From positions 434,001-498,000 of the forward strand of contig OZ251232.1 in the NCBI GenBank assembly GCA_965240325.2: DNA of 64,000 nucleotides. The letters are read 5' to 3'. How positions within the stretch are numbered: position 1 is the stretch's first letter; every line of letters begins with the position of its first letter. Below the pieces are notes generated by a model. It had not been told where the DNA came from and did not search any database. It saw nothing but the letters and a program-made list of their open reading frames with translations. This document shows positions 58,224 to 64,000 of the stretch, in pieces. The position numbers and the translations under genes were made by a program. The DNA comes from Rebecca billardiae RCC1528. Taxonomy: Eukaryota > Protista > Haptophyta.

Positions 58224-61031
58224 TCAGGCGAGCGGCGGCGAGGGCGGCGGCAGCTCGCCCGTGCTGAGCAGGTGGCGCAGATCGTCCATCGCCGACTTGT
58301 CCTTGCCCCAGCACGCGGTGAGGCCGGACGCCTCGAAGAAGTCGCGGTCGCCGCTGCCGCGCGGGTCGCCCGTCATGCCGATGATGATGCCCGCGTACTG
58401 CCGCGCGCGCAGCGCGCGCACAAACTCGGTGCCGGAGAGCACGGGCATCTGGTTGTCCACGAGGACGACGTCGAAGGTCTCGACCGCGCACGCGTCGAGC
58501 GCCTGCTGCCCGTTGGAGACGGTCGTGATCGCGTGCTGCGGGAACTTTTTGAACACGCGCAGGTGCATCGCGCGCGAGAGGATCTGGTCGTCCTCGGCGT
58601 AGAGCACGCGGAGGCTCATGGCGCTCGGCGGGCCCGGCGCGGCGGTGAGGCTGTGCGGCACGCCCGCGCTGGGCGCCAGCTCGGGCGAGGGCGGCTCCGA
58701 GCGGTCGACGATGGGCGGCAGCGGCGAGCCCGCCTGGTGGCGGTTGCACGAGAACCAAGAGCGGTCGACGTGCATCGGCGCGCGGCTGCCCGTCAGCAGC
58801 CGCTCGATGTGGTCGACGAGCATGGCGAGGCCCTCCGGCGTCTTGTCGAGGCAGAAGGTGAGGCCCGCCGCCTCAAACTCCGCGCGGTCGGGGCAGCCCT
58901 GCGGGTCGCCCGTGTGCCCGATCACGTCGCCGTGGAAGCCCATCGCGTGCAGCTGCATCGCAACCTTTGCGCCGCACACGCGCGGCATCTGCGAGTCGAG
59001 CAGGATCAGGTCGAACTGCGGCTGGCCGAGCGCGGCGCGCGCGCCCACCGCGTCGAGCGCGGCCTGCCCGTCCGCGACGTACTCGACGCGCAGCCCCTCG
59101 CGCGCGAAGACGCCCGCCGAGAGGATGGTGTGCATCATCAGGTCGTCGTCCACGTGCAGGATCTGCAGCGGCTGGTTTGGCGCGGCGATCGGCGCGCCGT
59201 GGTCGTCGCTCGGCCGGCGCGTGCTCGCCGACGACTCGTCGGTGCCCGTGCTGCTCGGGACGTGCGGGAGCCGGACGTCGACGGCGGCGTCGGCGCCCGG
59301 CGCGCACCCGCCGTGGATCACCAGCGGCGCCGCCGCCGCCTCCGGCGCGCGCGAGAGGCGCAGGTCCATCTCGAAGGTGGAGCCGCGGCCGTACCCGTCC
59401 GAGCGCATCTGCAGCGTCGAGTCGTTGTGCAGCGACAGCAGCTGGCGCACGATGGTGAGGCCGAGGCCGGTGCCGCCGTTGCCCTGCAGCTGCCCCTTGC
59501 CCACCTGCGCGAAGGCCTCGCCGCGCTGCAGCGTCACGATCTCGGTCGGGTCCATGCCCACGCCCTCGTCGGTCACGCGCACGAGCACGCGCTCGAGCTG
59601 CGCCGCCGGCGCGGCGCCGCAGTCGGCGAGCGCGGCCGCGGCCGCCTCCGGCGGCTCCGGCGGCTTCTGCCACACGGCCGAGACGGTGATGTGCCGGCCG
59701 GGGTCGGTGAACTTGGCGGCGTTGCTCAGCCCGTTGCCCAGGCACTGGAGCAGCCGGCGCGAGTCGCCGACGAACCGCGCCGCCGCCAGCTCGGGCGCGA
59801 GCGGCGCGAAGACGAGGTCGACGCCCTTGCGCCGCGCGAGCGGCCCAAACGCGAGGTCGGCCTCGGCGAGCAGCCGCTCGAAGCAGAAGGGCTGGTAGAC
59901 GAGGACGAGGCGGCCCGAGTCGATGCGCTCAAAGTCGAGCATGTCCGAGACGATCCCCTCCATCAGGTCGACGCACGTCTCCATCGCCTCCGTCGTCTTC
60001 GCCACCTCGCTGTCGCCGACGGGCGTGCCGTCGGGCAGGTCGCCGAGCACGCCGACCATGTTGCGCAGCGCGAGCAGCGGCGAGCGCAGGTCGTGCATCA
60101 CGACGCGGATGAGGCGCGCGCGCGCGTGGGTGGCGACCTCGGCCTTCGACGCGCGCACGTCGGCCACGAGCTGCGCGCGCTCGGCGTCGCGCCACGCGTG
60201 CGCGCGGCGCAGCACCGAGCGCCGGAAGTGCCACTGGCCGCGCACGGCGCGCACGCGGCCGGCGACCGCGATCGCAACCATCACGACGAGCGCGGCGTAG
60301 ACGACCCACACGCCGGCCTCCGGGCTGTCGCAGCTGGGCAGCGGGAGGAGGAGGTCGCCGGAGATCACGATCACGACGCACACGCACAGCACGCCGAGCA
60401 CGTGCGCCACCTCCAGCGGGAGGAAGAGCCCGGAGGCGAGCACGTTGGCGAACGCGCGCGCGAGCACCGCGCAGTGCGAGTCCGCAATCTCGGCGTCAAT
60501 CACGCCGGCCATGCGGTTGATGCGCGAGGGCGCGAGCACGACCACGCGGAAGGTGCACGCGCAAATCCACGCCGTCGCCACGCCCTCGAGCGTGCTCAGC
60601 GGCAGGCTCGACAGGCGGCGCGCACGGCGGCTCACGCCGATGACGGCGACGTGCATCGCGACCGTGCCGGCGGTCGTGAGCACGCGCGGCAGGAGCTGCG
60701 AGCCGGGCGCGTGCTGCGCGATGTACACCGTGAGCAACGCGGCCTCAAATATCAGCGCGATGACACCCAGGCGGAGCATCGCGAGCGCGAGTGCGGGCCG
60801 CAGGCTCGAGCGGCGGTAGTCTGCGTCCTCGGCCGCGTCTGCAAAGCGGCCGAGGTACGTGAGCGGCGGGGGGCGCACCTCCATGTCCGGGACGTCGGCG
60901 GCGGAGTGCACCGACTTCCACGACGCCTCCTCGTCGTCCGCGCGCGTCTCCACCGGCTGGGGGCGCACTGCGGCGTTCGAGGGCATCGCGAGGGTTGCGA
61001 GGGGCGGATGGTGCTCAAGGCGGTGGGGCAT
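58224..61031 (-). CDS. Membrane-bound hybrid histidine kinase with two receiver domains
   Basis: Several N-terminal TM helices; H-box VMHDLRSPL; N-box NGLSNAAKFT; DEGVGM; GGTGLGLTIV; REC1 ILHVDD..LLDSQMP; REC2 VLYAEDD..LVDNQMP. Intronless. Confidence 0.92.
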   Translation of the reverse strand: MPHRLEHHPPLATLAMPSNAAVRPQPVETRADDEEASWKSVHSAADVPDMEVRPPPLTYLGRFADAAEDADYRRSSLRPALALAMLRLGVIALIFEAALLTVYIAQHAPGSQLLPRVLTTAGTVAMHVAVIGVSRRARRLSSLPLSTLEGVATAWICACTFRVVVLAPSRINRMAGVIDAEIADSHCAVLARAFANVLASGLFLPLEVAHVLGVLCVCVVIVISGDLLLPLPSCDSPEAGVWVVYAALVVMVAIAVAGRVRAVRGQWHFRRSVLRRAHAWRDAERAQLVADVRASKAEVATHARARLIRVVMHDLRSPLLALRNMVGVLGDLPDGTPVGDSEVAKTTEAMETCVDLMEGIVSDMLDFERIDSGRLVLVYQPFCFERLLAEADLAFGPLARRKGVDLVFAPLAPELAAARFVGDSRRLLQCLGNGLSNAAKFTDPGRHITVSAVWQKPPEPPEAAAAALADCGAAPAAQLERVLVRVTDEGVGMDPTEIVTLQRGEAFAQVGKGQLQGNGGTGLGLTIVRQLLSLHNDSTLQMRSDGYGRGSTFEMDLRLSRAPEAAAAPLVIHGGCAPGADAAVDVRLPHVPSSTGTDESSASTRRPSDDHGAPIAAPNQPLQILHVDDDLMMHTILSAGVFAREGLRVEYVADGQAALDAVGARAALGQPQFDLILLDSQMPRVCGAKVAMQLHAMGFHGDVIGHTGDPQGCPDRAEFEAAGLTFCLDKTPEGLAMLVDHIERLLTGSRAPMHVDRSWFSCNRHQAGSPLPPIVDRSEPPSPELAPSAGVPHSLTAAPGPPSAMSLRVLYAEDDQILSRAMHLRVFKKFPQHAITTVSNGQQALDACAVETFDVVLVDNQMPVLSGTEFVRALRARQYAGIIIGMTGDPRGSGDRDFFEASGLTACWGKDKSAMDDLRHLLSTGELPPPSPPLA

Positions 61032-61401
61032 TGCCGAGCGCGAAGGTTTCCGAACTGGGTGGAGAGCGGAAGGTTGCGGAACTAGCCGGTACTTTACGTA
61101 GCCAAACGAAGCACAAAGGCGTGTAAAAGCTTGGTAAAAGGCACGCGACGTACTCGCGGGTTTAAGGCGTACCCGCGGCTTAATTATCAGTACCGACCGA
61201 GATCATTATGTATCAGCGGTTGATTTGGTTGCCGGCGCAGTCATTAGGGGAACCGAGGGAAGAATCTTGACGAGTAGTCCAAAATGAGTAAGCTTGAATC
61301 AATGGCCGATGATTGTGACGAAGAGTATCGAAGACAACATCAATGATCAGCAGCAATTGACGAATGACCCGTGGCGAGCGCGAGGAACGTCATGAATTAA
61401 C

Positions 61402-61862
61402 CAGGGCTCCAAGACGGTACACCGGACACCGGTAAATACCGTACCGGTGCGTACCGGTGCGTACCGGTACGCACCGCCACAAACTGCCGCGCACCGGTGA
61501 GAGTCCGGGAGGGGTCGTGTGCGCCCGGACCACAGCACCCGCGAGTACGGACTACTCGCGGAGCTGTCACTTGTCAGTGTCCGAGGTCGGAGTACTGAGA
61601 CTGAGTAGTCACTGCTGGCACTCTCAGGCCGTGCCCCGACTCAGGGAAGGCGAATACGCCGGCCGATTTCGTCCTGAATAATTGGGCTATTTCTATCAGT
61701 AAATAGGCCCAAAAATTTTCTTCGCCTCGGGCCGGCGGGGCCCCGGGGGGGACACCCCCCCGAACCCCCCCGCGGTGCGCGCACCGGTGTACCGGTACAC
61801 CGGCGCCTGCGGCGCCGGTGCACCGGTACGCGTACTGCCGAGCACCGGATCTTTGAGCCCTG
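61402..61862. mobile_element. hAT-superfamily MITE (461 bp), TIR CAGGGCTC(C/A)AAGA, 8-bp TSD GAATTAAC
   Basis: GAATTAAC at 61394-61401 and 61863-61870; subterminal ACCGGT/GTACCG arrays at both ends. Confidence 0.92.
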
Positions 61863-62200
61863 GAATTAACGTTTATTCACAAGGCCCTTGGTTTTCAGTT
61901 GTTTTCAGTTTGCATGCTCCCTTCCGACTGTGAAGTTGTATGGCGGCGTTTGGGCGGGTGCTCACGAGGCGTGCACATCGCGTTTCCTTTCACCCCCAAG
62001 GGCGTTCCCGGGATCCTGCCACACGCTCCCGAAAAGCAAAGCCCCCCCTGGGGGGGCTTTGCCTTTTTCCGTATTCAATGTACCCGCTTCAAATGGACGA
62101 AGCCCGTTCCAATAGGAAGACGGTTCAATTTGGCGTATGACCGATGCGGGGAACGCCCCTGAAGATAGTTCAGGAGATCTCCCGGACTCTCTCAACTGCC

Positions 62201-63079
62201 GTGACGAAACACAAGAAGTTGGTCCGCTGGGGCCGCGGGGCGCGATGGCAGCCGTGCCCCCGTGCGCTCGGGCGGCCACTTGCCCGCCGTGTGCGTGGCA
62301 ATGTGCGCGTCAGCACCGGCTGAGACGTGCCTACGGGATGATATGGGCTATGAACGTCCCATCAGTGCGCTTGAATGACCGTGTTGCGCGCGCGTGATGC
62401 AGTACGCGTGCACCGCTGTGCTTGTTCGCCCGTGCTCGTCGCTTGCGCCGAACGCGCGGCTGGCACGAGGTTGTGCTCGGTGAGCGAGTACCGACTTGGG
62501 CCGTTGACGGCATGTACATGGCATCTGCCCTTGTTCCTGCCGCGCACCATCCCCTACAGCTGCATTCTCCCGAGGAGCACGCATGCCAAGCTGTCTCAAG
62601 CATTATACCAATAGACAGGCCATTGCTGGCATTTGCTGCTCAATTTGAAATACCTTTGCGCGCGGAATACACCATGCAGCATGCGTGCTTCGAAGTGCCC
62701 CGAAAGATGCGATGCGACGCTACCGTGGAGATGGTGAAGCGTTGAGAGAGCGGCATCATCTCACACAAACGCTTGGTGGCTTCAGTCAGTACTCGCTCAC
62801 CGAGCACAACCTCGTGCCAGCCGCGCGTTCGGCGCAAGCGACGAGCACGGGCGAACAAGCACAGCGGTGCACGCGTACTGCATCACACGCGCGCAACACG
62901 GTCATTCAAGCGCACTGATGGGACGTTCATAGCCCATATCATCCCGTAGGCACGTCTCAGCCGGTGCTGACGCGCACATTGCCACGCACACGGCGGGCAA
63001 GTGGCCGCCCGAGCGCACGGGGGCACGGCTGCCATCGCGCCCCGCGGCCCCAGCGGACCAACTTCTTGTGTTTCGTCAC
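62201..63079. mobile_element. Foldback element: about 296-bp inverted arms, 287-bp spacer
   Basis: 62201-62496 is the near-perfect reverse complement of 62784-63079. Direct repeat CTCCCGGACT at 62179-62188 and 63080-63089 is a possible TSD. Confidence 0.85.
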
Positions 63080-63340
63080 CTCCCGGACTTTCTGCCCTGA
63101 ACTATCTTATTATTATCATGTGGGGAACTGGGGATCCATGATTGAGCCATATCATGAGCCATATCAACCACTCTGAACCACGACAAAATACCGCCTTGAA
63201 CAACACCTACACTCAACTTGAACATGTGATTCAGTCAGAGGGCAAGTTGCCACTGAAAACCAACCGACAAGAAATACTTTCTGGAACCTACCCTCGGTCG
63301 GCTTTTAGCTAAACCACATTTCTACCCACCCGGACTACTG

Positions 63341-63395
63341 TCTCGCCTGCCCGAGGCCTGAGCTGTGTGCGTCTCTTATTCTTAGTAAACTGTAC
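63341..63395 (-). repeat. Dispersed repeat, copy 4 (inverted), with internal 7-bp duplication
   Basis: TCTCGCCT[GCCCGAG]GCCTGAGCTGTGTGCGTCTCTTATTCTTAGTAAACTGTAC. Confidence 0.85.
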
Positions 63396-63606
63396 TCTGA
63401 TCCGACTCGGACCAGCCTCTGCCAACGGACTGTCGGTCGGTGTCCAACTCATAGTCATTAGTTGTCTGCATTGAGGGCATCCTCCGACCCGGCGAGCCCG
63501 ACCTCTGACCGACGGACTGCTAAGTACTGTATAGTAGGCTTAACTGTCCTCGATCTCGACGACAGCAGGACTTGCCATGCGGCCCGTGCCGGCCGATCGC
63601 TCCGCA

Positions 63607-64000
63607 TCAGAGGCTTAGCAGCGCACTCTCGCTCCCACGGCCTGCGGCTGCGCCGCGTCCGCGCGCCGCCTGCGGCTGGGCCGCGGCGGCGGCGGCGCCC
63701 GCACTGGCCGTCCGCGCGGCGCGCTCGCGCCACGGCTGCTCGTGCGCGTGCACGCGCAGCGCGCTCAGCGCGCGCAGGCCCGCTCGGCGCGCGCTTGGCG
63801 CCGCCAGTGCGCCGCCGACGGCAGCCGCCTCGCGCCATGCCGCCTCCGCCGCGCGCGCGTGCGCCAGCAGCCGCGCGCGGTGCAGGGCTCGGAGCGCGCG
63901 CGTCGCGCCGTGCGCGCGCCGCAGGGCGGCCGCGCGCGCGCTCAGCCGTGCCGCCGCGGCGCGTCCCCGCAGCGCGCTCAGCCCACGCCGAGCCCGGGCG
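63607..64000 (-). CDS. 3' end of an Ala/Arg/Leu-rich helical protein running off the window
   Basis: Open minus-strand frame from the window end (ARARRGLSALR...ESALLSL*) to TGA at 63607-63609; GC-rich coding-like composition. Confidence 0.5.
   Translation of the reverse strand, partial: ARARRGLSALRGRAAAARLSARAAALRRAHGATRALRALHRARLLAHARAAEAAWREAAAVGGALAAPSARRAGLRALSALRVHAHEQPWRERAARTASAGAAAAAAQPQAARGRGAAAGRGSESALLSL

Noticed and set aside
61420-61830. GTACCG/ACCGGT repeats as a CRISPR-like array
   Set aside because: Short irregular subterminal motifs of a hAT MITE; no repeat-spacer periodicity and no cas genes.
37467-63395. Inverted pair of the 50-bp repeat read as TIRs of one 26-kb transposon carrying genes
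   Set aside because: Other solo copies exist (15792, 40051) and the enclosed genes are ordinary housekeeping genes; independent insertions are simpler.

Overview
Very GC-rich eukaryotic nuclear DNA with compact genes and short GC-rich spliceosomal introns. A haptophyte-like flagellated alga (e.g. Pavlovales) is my inference from composition, intron style and gene content; it is not verified. About 21 host genes can be read: rotatin, a double-hotdog thioesterase, RABL2, a membrane protein, an S10 serine carboxypeptidase, LRRC6/DNAAF11, an ABCA transporter, a 59-aa single-TM ORF, LARP7, an HMG+Tudor-like+bromodomain protein, two tandem Cys-rich secreted paralogs, a mercaptopyruvate sulfurtransferase, an FHA-WDR70 fusion, Rab5, a class I methyltransferase, a two-domain TMX/PDI, a CCA-adding enzyme, a hybrid histidine kinase and two unidentified ORFs at the window ends. 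Non-coding DNA holds several DNA transposon derivatives: two long foldback elements, a TA-flanked IS630/Tc1/mariner element with a paired-domain-like HTH, a hAT MITE with an 8-bp TSD, a GGCC-ended MITE, a 1.9/1.4-kb tandem duplication carrying a TA-CAG-TA excision footprint, and a dispersed ~50-bp repeat. Most notable: (1) a probable bicistronic locus where the small ORF's TGA overlaps the LARP7 ATG (TGATG); (2) a GTGCG 5' splice-site consensus; (3) an AT-rich island at every convergent gene junction, amid DNA full of micro-duplications. No rRNA, tRNA or CRISPR array was recognised. All gene models and domain calls were made by eye.
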